Shown one piece after another: positions 1 to 9,165 of a DNA stretch of 25,265 bases. The translations under genes were made by a program, and so were the position numbers. Numbering within the stretch: position 1 is the stretch's first letter; each line of letters opens with the position of its first letter. Source of the DNA: Clostridia bacterium (lineage in GTDB: Bacteria > Bacillota > Clostridia > HGM11514); contig JAZURC010000156.1 of NCBI GenBank assembly GCA_045606005.1, forward strand, positions 1 through 25,265, given 5' to 3'. The notes below the pieces were generated by a model, which searched no databases, was not told the origin of the DNA, and saw only the letters and a list, made by a program, of their open reading frames with translations.

Positions 1-1023
1 GTGGAGTTGGCGGAGGATAAGGTTTTTGCAAAACCCTTGGAAGGAGATACCATGGGCTATCCTTGGGGAGTGTATCATCTGCTCACCTTAAAACCTGAAT
101 TACAGCTTTCGGAGGGTGCAGATGCTTTGTTAACACAAGAAAAGGAAGGCGTCTTACTGGGAAGTGAAACTTATGACACCTTATATCTTTGCCGAAAGGA
201 AGGAGAAAAACAACCCCTTTCGGGTGAGGTTACCATTACAGGTTGGAACAAAAACAGTCTGACCCTTTTTGTAAAGAATACAGGCGGACCATGGCTATGC
301 TATAACGGTGCGGAAGAGCTGGAAGATTGTGTCAGACTTGTGGTTTGGGTTACCTCTGACGGCGCAGAAGAGCAGTTTCGAGTGGATTTGCCCCGAAATG
401 TATATGAGGGCGAAACCTTAGAATTGGAAATTCCCCTTACCTTAAAGGATGGTATTTCCCGTGTGCAAATCAGCCCTTGTGTTGATTTGTCCCAAGTGAT
501 TACATCATCTTGCACCCAGGTGACGGCAGAAAAGGGAAATATTCTAAATTTTGCACTTACACAACCTGAAGAAAAACAGTTTACTTTGCTGGATACAGAA
601 GGCTATCCCCGTCAAACCGAAGGAATGTTTCGTGGTTACAGCACAGGGCAAACGGTGTTTGATCATCTTGGATGGGATGTTTCCGGAAAAAGCTTGATTT
701 TATACTCCAAAGGACAGGCAAACAATGTATCAGTATCAGTAAATGGACAGGATCTTTCGTTAGAAAAAAGAGGAGGAAACTCCTATTGTTTTTCTCTTAA
801 CGGTATTACGGAAATTGACCAGATTACCGTCACAAGTGAAACAACCGTACCTGCCATCGTGGCAGGAGTGCCCGAAATTTTTGGATTTTTACGGGCAGAT
901 TCACCTTGCAAACCAATCTCTTTGTTTGTACGGGGAATGGATAAATTATTTGGACTTCGTTTGGATTTTTGTTCCTACGGAATATGGATTGACCGCATTA
1001 TGGTTGGGGAGGATCTGCAATAA
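1..1023 (+). CDS. 5'-truncated membrane/surface protein; C-terminal extracytoplasmic part, paralog of the next gene
   Basis: Open frame from base 1 to TAA at 1021-1023. Aligns by eye with the C-terminal ~45% of the 816-aa protein (LFVKNTGGPWLC vs ITLKNHGSPWLC; FLRADSPCKPI vs FLSLDSNVKPI; YGIWIDRIMV vs FGIRIEKIEV). The GTG at 1 is probably an internal codon. Confidence 0.8.
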   Translation: MELAEDKVFAKPLEGDTMGYPWGVYHLLTLKPELQLSEGADALLTQEKEGVLLGSETYDTLYLCRKEGEKQPLSGEVTITGWNKNSLTLFVKNTGGPWLCYNGAEELEDCVRLVVWVTSDGAEEQFRVDLPRNVYEGETLELEIPLTLKDGISRVQISPCVDLSQVITSSCTQVTAEKGNILNFALTQPEEKQFTLLDTEGYPRQTEGMFRGYSTGQTVFDHLGWDVSGKSLILYSKGQANNVSVSVNGQDLSLEKRGGNSYCFSLNGITEIDQITVTSETTVPAIVAGVPEIFGFLRADSPCKPISLFVRGMDKLFGLRLDFCSYGIWIDRIMVGEDLQ

Positions 1024-1038
1024 GGAGGAGAACGAAAA

Positions 1039-3489
1039 ATGGATAAAGGAATGAGAACGGATCGAATTGCAAAAGGGTTATTATTTTTCTCTTTTTTACT
1101 GTTTTTGGGATGGTTGAGTAAAGACGCAACAGTACCGCTTATCTATCCTGATGAGGCAGGATATATTGGCTGGGCAAAAATAATTGCCGGGAAAGCAGGC
1201 GACCACTTACACTATTCTCCGGGTTATAGCTTGTTGCTTGCTCCGATTTTTTTATTGACAGAGGACATACTGCAAGCATATCCTGTCATTATTAAGATAA
1301 ATGTTATCATAGGAGCCTTTATTCCTGTTTTTCTGTATCACCTGAGCGGATATTTCTGCAACGAAAAAGATGTAATCAAGAGAATGGGGATTGCAGTTTT
1401 GGCATCTCTTTATCCTACTGTTACTTCTTATGTACAGCTGGCACTTTCAGAAATTTGGTTTACCCTTTTGTTATTAGGCATAACCGGTTGTTTCTGCTCC
1501 TTGTGGAAGAACAGAAATCAGATAAGACTTTGGATATTATTACTTGTGTTATGTGTTTGGATTGTTTTCACTCATGCCAGAGGACTTGCTATAGGGATCG
1601 GTGCGTTGGTGACGGCTGTGGTTTTGTTTTGGGATAAAAAGAAGGAATTGCTGATAGGTGGTTTGATCGGTATATTGTTGATTGGTTGTACTGTTATGGT
1701 ATTATTGTCAGACAGAAATCATGTGGGAGCCGGCCATGTGCTGAACCAAATCAAACGCTTTTTCTCCATTCAAGGAATCGGTTCCTTTGTGACAACGATG
1801 ATTTCCCATTTTTGTTATTTATTTTGGGCTACTTTTGGTATGATTTCTGTTTCTATATATCGAGGGATAACGGCGATTTATAAACGGGAAAAAGGCTGGG
1901 GTGTTTGGGTTTTTATTTTAAGCAGCTTTTTTTTCATGTGGTGTCTTTCGGCGTTTTATATGAGCCATCATGAAAGACCCGTTCATATTTTATATGGACG
2001 TTATATTGATGTTGTGGTTCCGCTGTTACTGTTGGCTTTGTTTTCCGGCTGGGATAAAGTTCGGTTTCCCTGGTGGATTTGGATTCTTTCTTTCGGAAGT
2101 GTCATTGTCACCGGTATTTTATACAGCAACGCTACTCTTGGATTAGATGGCGGAATTATGAATTCAGTTGGAATGTTCTTATACCGAATGTGGTTGCATC
2201 ATTTTGAGTTTTGGTGGGTAGCTTTGTTTTTTGCTTTGATGACGGGACTCGTTTTCTTCATAGGGTATCGTCGCCGCAGTCTTTGCCTTTTTGCACTGGG
2301 AGCACTGTTTCTTTTTCAGGTGGGGTATATACAGAGTTCTTATTTTGAAAAGGAAGCTTCTGTGAAAAGACAAGTGCCCCAAGTGATTGCACATTTGCCG
2401 GAGAATGCAGCAGTATATGTATCTGATTTAGAAGGAGTGTTGCAATATACTTGGCAATACTATAACTATCCATTATACCGGCCGGATTTGAAACTAAGTA
2501 CCGAAGATACCGGTCAGCCTTATGTGCTTAGCCGGCAGTTAAAAGAATATGGAACATTAATTGCAATGGAAAAAGAAAATCCTGTTTATTTGTATCAAAG
2601 AGGGGTTGATGTACAGGGCTTGCAATATCCTGAAGAATTAAAGGAATACAAGGTTTCTTATTCTTGGAGACAAGCTTCGGACGGTATAGAGATAACGCTA
2701 AAAAACCATGGCTCCCCTTGGCTTTGCTTTGATGCTGTACGGGATTTAAAAAGTACGGTACGGTTAGGAGTAAGGTGTTTCAATGGAGAACAACACTTAA
2801 TATCAGATCAACGGTATGACTTTTTTAATAATCTGTACCAAGGGGATCAAGAACAATTTTATCTATCCGTTCCCTCCGAATGTTCAATGATAGAAATTCA
2901 GCCGGTACTGGAATTTACGGCATGGTTTTCGGAACGCGGCTGTGAACCCCTTTGGTTATGCCGGCGAGGAGATCAATGGCAGAAGATGGAGGAATTGGGA
3001 CCTGATTATAATCATGAATTCCGGAAAATAGAATTTTCTCATTTGCGGTATGTAGAGGAAATGGAGAATACGACTTATCAAAATACTTTAGTGAATTTTT
3101 ATTCTAACTATACAGGGACAGAGTCAAAAATCAAGAATATCAGAATGCCCTCAGGGGATTGGCTGATATTGCACACCGGAGAACCGGAACGGAGCGGGGT
3201 GAAAATATCTGTTAATGACCGTGCTCCTGTTCAGCCGGAACGGTACGACGACGGAGCCTATTATATTCCTTTAGAGGATACAATTACAACCATTACTTCT
3301 ATTGGGATAAGCTCAGATACGGTAAATCCGTTTGAGGAGAGTAAATTGCCCAAGGCTCTTTCTTTCTTATCTTTAGACAGTAATGTGAAACCCATTCAGT
3401 TTGCGGTGCACAGAATGGAAGATATTATGGGCAGAGATGTGAATCATCATGAATTTGGAATACGAATTGAAAAAATTGAGGTCAGATAG
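1039..3489 (+). CDS. Polytopic membrane protein, GT-C/ArnT/PMT-like glycosyltransferase candidate with large C-terminal extracellular region (816 aa)
   Basis: RBS AGGAGG upstream. Roughly a dozen hydrophobic segments in the first ~430 aa. YPDEAGY acidic motif after TM1 is typical of GT-C enzymes. C-terminal Ig-like segment (LKNHG...W...VRLG...WFSERG). Confidence 0.65.
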   Translation: MDKGMRTDRIAKGLLFFSFLLFLGWLSKDATVPLIYPDEAGYIGWAKIIAGKAGDHLHYSPGYSLLLAPIFLLTEDILQAYPVIIKINVIIGAFIPVFLYHLSGYFCNEKDVIKRMGIAVLASLYPTVTSYVQLALSEIWFTLLLLGITGCFCSLWKNRNQIRLWILLLVLCVWIVFTHARGLAIGIGALVTAVVLFWDKKKELLIGGLIGILLIGCTVMVLLSDRNHVGAGHVLNQIKRFFSIQGIGSFVTTMISHFCYLFWATFGMISVSIYRGITAIYKREKGWGVWVFILSSFFFMWCLSAFYMSHHERPVHILYGRYIDVVVPLLLLALFSGWDKVRFPWWIWILSFGSVIVTGILYSNATLGLDGGIMNSVGMFLYRMWLHHFEFWWVALFFALMTGLVFFIGYRRRSLCLFALGALFLFQVGYIQSSYFEKEASVKRQVPQVIAHLPENAAVYVSDLEGVLQYTWQYYNYPLYRPDLKLSTEDTGQPYVLSRQLKEYGTLIAMEKENPVYLYQRGVDVQGLQYPEELKEYKVSYSWRQASDGIEITLKNHGSPWLCFDAVRDLKSTVRLGVRCFNGEQHLISDQRYDFFNNLYQGDQEQFYLSVPSECSMIEIQPVLEFTAWFSERGCEPLWLCRRGDQWQKMEELGPDYNHEFRKIEFSHLRYVEEMENTTYQNTLVNFYSNYTGTESKIKNIRMPSGDWLILHTGEPERSGVKISVNDRAPVQPERYDDGAYYIPLEDTITTITSIGISSDTVNPFEESKLPKALSFLSLDSNVKPIQFAVHRMEDIMGRDVNHHEFGIRIEKIEVR

Positions 3490-3500
3490 GGAGGAATTAG

Positions 3501-5123
3501 ATGCATTTTCAGATACCGAAACAGCAATGGACCAAAATAGAAGAATATCTGCAAGGGTTGCCTCAAGAGGAAATGAAAGGCTTGCAAAAATCCGACTATC
3601 TTGACTTGATGGAACAGTTGCTTGGAGAATATGATTTGGAAAGGGTTTGTGACCCGAAGGAGGATTTACAAGCTTATTGCCGATTGATGTCTGTTTTAGC
3701 GGTTCTTCTTTCCAACGGAAGAAAGACAAACCTTCAAGCTCGGTTTTGTGAGATGTTGATCCGAGCTTGTGAAGAACTTTCTGAATATAGCGGCAATCCA
3801 ACATCGGATATTGCGACGAAGGAATTGAGATTGGTTCTTTTTCTGATAAAAGAAATCGACATGAATGGGGACTGGGCAAAAATGTTAAGTTCCAAAGAAG
3901 GAATTTGTGATACAACAGAATCCTGTAAAGAGTACCTGAGCCTGCAAGCCGCAAAGTCGGATGAAAACGGAATGGTTCAGAACAATGAAGGTTCGGAATA
4001 TTTTTCTGCATTTGATGACCTTTTTGTCCGTTTTCAGCTTCAGCTTACGGAACACTTCGGAGGGAGTTCCTTTGGTGAGGGGTTGCGACGTGCCGGGGTA
4101 TGGTCTCTTATGACCCAATCGGCAACAGGACAGCTTCCCTACGGAGGTCGGTCCAATCAAGCTTTCTTTCACGAAACCTTGCTTGCATCTGTTTTGGAAT
4201 ACGAGGCGGGAAAACAGGCAGAGGAAGGAAACTTCGTGCTGGCAGGAAGAATGCGTCGGGGAGCACGGCTGGCAGCAGAATCTGTGCAAAAAAGTTTAAA
4301 CTGTCACAACCTCAATCGGTATTCTGAAATCGGCTATCCTTATGAAAAAGACAGGATTTCTGCGGCGACATCTTTAATTGGTGCAGTTTTGTTTGCTCAT
4401 GAGGATTTGCCCGAGCACCCCGCTCCTTGCGAAAGGGGGGGATATATCCTTTCTTTTAGCTCGAAATTCCATCAGATTTTTGCCAATAGCTGTGGTTACA
4501 GTATCCAAATTGATGCAAATGGCGAATCGGACTGGGATGCAACGGGATTGGGAAGAATTCAGAAACAAGGAATTCCTGAAAACCTGGGGTTGTCTGTTCC
4601 CTTTGGGAAAGGGGCCGTGCCCGAAGGAGGAAAACCCTTCTCTGCTTCCATCGGTATCGGTTGGGATGACGGAGAGGGCGGCGTTCAATATCTGGCTGAT
4701 TTAACAGGAATCAAGTATGCATTATCCATTGTAGAAGAAAAAGAGGGGAAACTGAAATTTACCATTACCTATACGGGAAATTGCCTGAAAAATTGCGGCG
4801 GTATTATGGAAACCTATTCTTTAGACGAAAGCGGTTTGCGGTACAGTGCGAAATTGTTGGAGTCGGAGTGTAAAGCGGTGTATGCCCGAGTGCCTTTGTT
4901 TGTAACGGACGGAGCGCAGGGAAGTAACATGAAGCAAAAGGCAGGACAAACCAATGTATATCTTGATCAGTTTCGGTGGAGAATGACAACAAATGCCTCT
5001 TTGTCCCCCGATGAAGTCATGGCGGAAAACCGAAACGGAGCCTATAAAATTGTTACATTGGTTCGTCTGGAGCCGAAAATCAGACTGAATTTGTCATTAT
5101 GTCTGGAAAATGAGCGGGAATAA
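3501..5123 (+). CDS. Uncharacterised soluble protein (540 aa), helical N-terminal half and beta-rich C-terminal half; possible carbohydrate-active enzyme
   Basis: RBS GGAGG 11 nt after the previous stop; long ORF; no signal peptide or TM segment; ATGQLPYGGRSNQ motif. The function is inference only. Confidence 0.75.
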   Translation: MHFQIPKQQWTKIEEYLQGLPQEEMKGLQKSDYLDLMEQLLGEYDLERVCDPKEDLQAYCRLMSVLAVLLSNGRKTNLQARFCEMLIRACEELSEYSGNPTSDIATKELRLVLFLIKEIDMNGDWAKMLSSKEGICDTTESCKEYLSLQAAKSDENGMVQNNEGSEYFSAFDDLFVRFQLQLTEHFGGSSFGEGLRRAGVWSLMTQSATGQLPYGGRSNQAFFHETLLASVLEYEAGKQAEEGNFVLAGRMRRGARLAAESVQKSLNCHNLNRYSEIGYPYEKDRISAATSLIGAVLFAHEDLPEHPAPCERGGYILSFSSKFHQIFANSCGYSIQIDANGESDWDATGLGRIQKQGIPENLGLSVPFGKGAVPEGGKPFSASIGIGWDDGEGGVQYLADLTGIKYALSIVEEKEGKLKFTITYTGNCLKNCGGIMETYSLDESGLRYSAKLLESECKAVYARVPLFVTDGAQGSNMKQKAGQTNVYLDQFRWRMTTNASLSPDEVMAENRNGAYKIVTLVRLEPKIRLNLSLCLENERE

Positions 5124-5146
5124 TTGTAAATTTGTATTATTTATGA

Positions 5147-5175
5147 TTGAAAAACGAAAAAAATTGTGTTATAAT
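5147..5175 (+). promoter_or_regulatory. sigma-A promoter of glnS-trmB-glyA
   Basis: TTGAAA-17 nt-TATAAT with extended -10 TGn. Confidence 0.7.
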
Positions 5176-5221
5176 ATGATATAATAGGGCAAAATTCTAA
5201 TGAAACAGAGGAAGTGAATGT

Positions 5222-6880
5222 ATGGAAGAAAAGGTAATGCCATCTAATTTTATTCATAATATGATTGATCAGGATAACGAGAGCGGTTATTACGGAAACC
5301 GTGTACACACCCGTTTTCCGCCGGAGCCTAACGGCTATTTGCATATCGGTCATGCAAAATCCATTTGCTTAAATTTCGGTACTGCAAAAAAATACGGCGG
5401 AAAGTGTAATCTGCGTTTTGATGACACCAATCCTGTGAAGGAAGATACGGAATATGTAGATTCTATTATTGAGGATGTGGCATGGTTAGGATTTCAATGG
5501 GACGGTGAGGTACTGTTTGCCTCCTCCTATTTTGATACCATGTACGAATGTGCGGTAAAGCTGATTAAAAAGGGCAAGGCTTATGTGTGCGACCTGTCTG
5601 CTGAGGAAACCCGTGCCTATCGGGGCACCTTGACCGAACCGGGCAAAAAAAGTCCTTATGCCTCCAGAACGGTGGAAGAAAATCTGGACTTATTTGAACG
5701 GATGAAGGCAGGAGAATTTGCAGATGGAGAAAAGGTGCTTCGTGCCAATATTGACATGGCATCTCCCAATATGAATATGCGTGATCCGGTCATTTATCGG
5801 ATTGCTCATGCCTCTCACCATAAAACAGGGGATGCGTGGTGCATTTATCCCATGTATGATTTTGCTCATCCCATTGAAGACGCAGTGGAGGGAATTACCC
5901 ATTCTATTTGTACGCTGGAATTTGAGGATCACCGTCCTCTTTATGATTGGGTACTGCGGGAATGTGAATTTGAAACTCCTCCCAAGCAGATTGAGTTTGC
6001 AAGACTGGAGCTTACTAACAACGTAATGAGTAAGCGAAAGCTGAAAATGTTGGTGGATGAAAAAATTGTAGACGGATGGGACGACCCCCGTATGCCTACC
6101 GTATCGGGGCTCAGACGCAGAGGCTATACTCCTGAGGCGGTCAGAGCTTTTTGCGAAACCATTGGGGTTTCAAAGAGCAAGAGCAAGGTGGATTATGCCT
6201 TACTCGAGCATTGCGTCCGCGAAGATTTAAAATTAAAATATCCCCGTATTATGGCGGTGGAAAAACCCATTAAGCTGATTATTACCAATTACCCTGAAGG
6301 TCAGAGTGAGATGGTATCCATTGAAAACAATCAGGAAAACGAGGAGCTTGGAACCCGTCAGGTGAAATTTGAACGGGAAATGTATATTGACAGTAAGGAT
6401 TTCATGGAGGAGCCTCCGAAGAAATATTACCGTCTGTATCCCGGCAATGATGTCCGTCTGAAAGGTGCTTATGTGATTCATTGCGATGATTATAAGAAAA
6501 ACGATAAGGGCGAGATTGAAGAAATTTATTGTTCCTATTATCCAGGCACCAGATCCGGTCAGGAAAATGCGGATATGAAGGTGAAGGGGGTCATTCAGTG
6601 GGTTCCTGCCTCCGATGCGGTAGAAGCGGAATTCCGTTTATATGACCATTTATTCTTAGAACCCGAACAGGTCACAGAGGACAATCTTCTGGAAAAGGAC
6701 GGCTTGCTGTTAAACCGCTATTCTTTGGAAATCACCAGGGGCTATGTGGAAAAATATGCGGTAGAGGGTGAATTTGACCGATTCCAGTTTATCCGTAACG
6801 GCTATTTCTTCTTTGACAAAAAGGCAGAGGGATGTGTGTTTAACCGTATTGTTTCTCTGAAGAGCTCCTTTAAGATTTGA
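5222..6880 (+). CDS. glnS: Glutamine--tRNA ligase
   Basis: [14 protein letters not shown] (HIGH), [16 protein letters not shown] and VMSKR motifs; C-terminal anticodon-binding region ending FQFIRNGYF...FNRIVSLK; 552 aa. Confidence 0.96.
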   Translation: MEEKVMPSNFIHNMIDQDNESGYYGNRVHTRFPPEPNGYLHIGHAKSICLNFGTAKKYGGKCNLRFDDTNPVKEDTEYVDSIIEDVAWLGFQWDGEVLFASSYFDTMYECAVKLIKKGKAYVCDLSAEETRAYRGTLTEPGKKSPYASRTVEENLDLFERMKAGEFADGEKVLRANIDMASPNMNMRDPVIYRIAHASHHKTGDAWCIYPMYDFAHPIEDAVEGITHSICTLEFEDHRPLYDWVLRECEFETPPKQIEFARLELTNNVMSKRKLKMLVDEKIVDGWDDPRMPTVSGLRRRGYTPEAVRAFCETIGVSKSKSKVDYALLEHCVREDLKLKYPRIMAVEKPIKLIITNYPEGQSEMVSIENNQENEELGTRQVKFEREMYIDSKDFMEEPPKKYYRLYPGNDVRLKGAYVIHCDDYKKNDKGEIEEIYCSYYPGTRSGQENADMKVKGVIQWVPASDAVEAEFRLYDHLFLEPEQVTEDNLLEKDGLLLNRYSLEITRGYVEKYAVEGEFDRFQFIRNGYFFFDKKAEGCVFNRIVSLKSSFKI

Positions 6881-6890
6881 GGGCAGACCT

Positions 6891-7523
6891 ATGAGAATGA
6901 GAAGAAAACGCCATCGCGAGGAACGAATGGAAGTCTGCGGTGCATTGATGATTACAGAGCTCCCTCAAGGGGGATGGACAGAGGTATTCGGAAATGAAAA
7001 CCCTGTGCATATTGAAATTGGTTGCGGAAAAGGAAAATTTGTAACAGAAATGGCTGAGCTTCACCCCCAAATCAATTTCATTGCGGTGGAAAAATGTCTG
7101 GATGTGCTTGTTCTGGCAATGGAACGGGTGAAAAGTGCAGAGCTGACCAATGTGCGGTTTGTGGGGGGCGATGTTCTTACATTGGCAGAATTGTTTCCCG
7201 AAGGAACGGGAGAACGGATTTATCTGAATTTCAGCGACCCCTGGCCGAAAAAGGGAACTGCAAAACGACGGTTGACGGCAGACGGATTTTTGAATCTGTA
7301 TCGTAAAATCCTGAAACGGTCGGGCGGAATCTGGATGAAGACGGATAACCGAAAATTGTTTGAGTTTTCGATTACCGGCTTTGAACAAAATGGCTTTTTA
7401 TTAAAAAATGTATGCTACGATCTGCATAGCAGCGATTTTCAAGGGAATGTAATGACGGAGTATGAAACCCGTTTTGCAGAACAGGGAATGCCGATTCATC
7501 GGCTGGAAGCATATATCAAATAA
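6891..7523 (+). CDS. trmB: tRNA (guanine-N7)-methyltransferase
   Basis: [11 protein letters not shown] motif, [13 protein letters not shown] and TEYETRF motifs; 210 aa. Confidence 0.96.
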   Translation: MRMRRKRHREERMEVCGALMITELPQGGWTEVFGNENPVHIEIGCGKGKFVTEMAELHPQINFIAVEKCLDVLVLAMERVKSAELTNVRFVGGDVLTLAELFPEGTGERIYLNFSDPWPKKGTAKRRLTADGFLNLYRKILKRSGGIWMKTDNRKLFEFSITGFEQNGFLLKNVCYDLHSSDFQGNVMTEYETRFAEQGMPIHRLEAYIK

Positions 7524-7549
7524 ATGTTACAACAAAGGAGATAAAAACT

Positions 7550-8764
7550 ATGTATGAAGCAGTATTAAAATCCGATCCTCAGGTAGCACAGGCTATTCTG
7601 GCGGAAGAAAAAAGACAGCACAGTAAAATTGAATTGATTGCATCAGAAAATTTTGTCAGCGAAGCGGTTATGCAGGCAATGGGTTCTGTGTTGACCAATA
7701 AGTATGCAGAAGGATATCCCGGCAAGCGCTACTATGGCGGATGTGAATGTGTTGACGTAGTAGAAGATTTGGCTCGGGACAGAGCAAAAGAACTGTTTGG
7801 AGCAGAGCATGCCAATGTGCAGCCTCATTCCGGCGCACAGGCAAACATGGCAGTATTTTTTGGCTTTTTAAAGCCCGGAGATACGGTAATGGGCATGAGT
7901 CTGGCACACGGGGGTCACTTGACTCACGGAAGTCCTGTGAATATGTCCGGTAGTTATTTTAACATTGTTCCTTATGGCGTCAGCGATGACGACCATCGGA
8001 TTGATTATGACGAAGTAGAACGGATTGCTCTGGAATGCAAGCCTAAGCTGATTGTAGCAGGTGCCAGTGCATACCCCAGAATCATTGATTTTGAGCGGTT
8101 CGGTGCCATTGCCAAAAAGGTTGGCGCATACTTAATGGTAGATATGGCGCACATTGCGGGATTGGTTGCAACAGGATTGCATCCTTCTCCCGTACCCTAT
8201 GCGGATTTCGTTACCACTACCACTCATAAAACCCTCCGCGGTCCCAGAGGCGGTATGATTTTGTGCCGTGAGGAATATGCAAAGCAGATTGATAAAGCAA
8301 TCTTCCCCGGTATTCAGGGAGGTCCTCTGATGCACGTAATCGCAGCAAAAGCGGTTGCTTTGGGCGAAGCACTTTCTCCTGCCTTTAAGGAATATCAGAC
8401 ACAAATTCTAAAAAATGCCGCAGTACTGGCAGAAGAGCTGCAAAAGTATGGCTTTACTTTGGTTTCCGGCGGTACAGACAATCACCTGATGCTGGTAGAT
8501 GTAAGAAGCAAGAATGTAACCGGTAAGGAAGCAGAGCACATGCTGGATGAAATCGGTATTACTGCAAATAAGAATACCATTCCCAACGATCCTCAAAGCC
8601 CCTTTGTTACCAGCGGTTTGCGTCTGGGAACTCCTGCTGTTACCAGCCGCGGTATGAAAGAGGACGATATGAGAGAAATTGCGGCAATTATTGATTTGAC
8701 CTTGAGTAATTTTGAGCAGAACAAGGAAGAAGCGGCTAAGCGGGTACAAGCTCTTTGCCGATAA
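7550..8764 (+). CDS. glyA: Serine hydroxymethyltransferase
   Basis: [26 protein letters not shown] and [13 protein letters not shown] (PLP lysine) motifs; RBS AAGGAG. Confidence 0.97.
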   Translation: MYEAVLKSDPQVAQAILAEEKRQHSKIELIASENFVSEAVMQAMGSVLTNKYAEGYPGKRYYGGCECVDVVEDLARDRAKELFGAEHANVQPHSGAQANMAVFFGFLKPGDTVMGMSLAHGGHLTHGSPVNMSGSYFNIVPYGVSDDDHRIDYDEVERIALECKPKLIVAGASAYPRIIDFERFGAIAKKVGAYLMVDMAHIAGLVATGLHPSPVPYADFVTTTTHKTLRGPRGGMILCREEYAKQIDKAIFPGIQGGPLMHVIAAKAVALGEALSPAFKEYQTQILKNAAVLAEELQKYGFTLVSGGTDNHLMLVDVRSKNVTGKEAEHMLDEIGITANKNTIPNDPQSPFVTSGLRLGTPAVTSRGMKEDDMREIAAIIDLTLSNFEQNKEEAAKRVQALCR

Positions 8765-8877
8765 TCAGGGTGTCGTCGGGGATGCAAAAAAGTCCAGACC
8801 GCAAAAAAGAAAGAAAAAGCAAATAAATACAAGAAATTGTAACGATATTTGGATTGTTTCTATTGAGAACAAGGAAG

Positions 8878-8902
8878 AAAAAACTTGAATTTCAAGTTTT
8901 TT
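8878..8902. repeat. Perfect 12-bp-arm palindrome
   Basis: AAAAAACTTGAA-T-TTCAAGTTTTTT. Could be an operator or a weak terminator. Confidence 0.6.
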
Positions 8903-8921
8903 CCCAATTTTAATCTTTTTT

Positions 8922-9013
8922 GCTATAAACAAACATCGCCTCTCGGCGTACCCCTGTACGCCTTCGGGTTTCCCAAAGCAAGGGAAAGCCTTGCTTTGGC
9001 TCAGTTTGTTCAT
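8922..9013 (-). repeat. Structured intergenic repeat, copy 1 (92 nt; candidate ncRNA or non-autonomous element)
   Basis: About 83% identical to 21297-21387. Stems GGCGTAC/GTACGCC (8945-8962) and CCAAAGCAAGG/CCTTGCTTTGG (8973-8999) are enclosed by ATAAACAAAC/GTTTGTTCAT. Strand inferred from G-U versus A-C asymmetry. Confidence 0.85.
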
Positions 9014-9165
9014 TCTGACTCTTTTTTCTATCCCCTAAAAATAGAGAGTGAAAAAATTTTTTACATTCTTAATGATCAGGTTGTTTATTCTGAACTATTT
9101 TTCGTCCACCCTAATAAAATATTCAGGGTGGGCGATTGTTTATATGAAAAAGGAGGTGTTGTCCC

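Noticed and set aside
1927-1934. T8 tract in the GT-C-like gene (and A8 at 18391-18398) as phase-variation switches
   Set aside because: Short A/T runs encoding Phe or Lys are expected in AT-rich coding DNA, and the frames are intact.
5124-5221. T-box before glnS; also a lysine riboswitch before lysA (14964-14999)
   Set aside because: The leaders are only about 30-45 nt after clear promoters, far too short, and lack conserved motifs.
8922-9013. Hammerhead ribozyme (minus strand CUGAG-stem-GAAAC)
   Set aside because: The core needs CUGANGA before stem II, which is absent, and copy 2 has GUUAC instead of GAAAC.
9092-9104. LexA/SOS box before rarA (GAACTATTTTTCG)
   Set aside because: Mismatch in the conserved GTTC half-site and no well-defined overlapping promoter.
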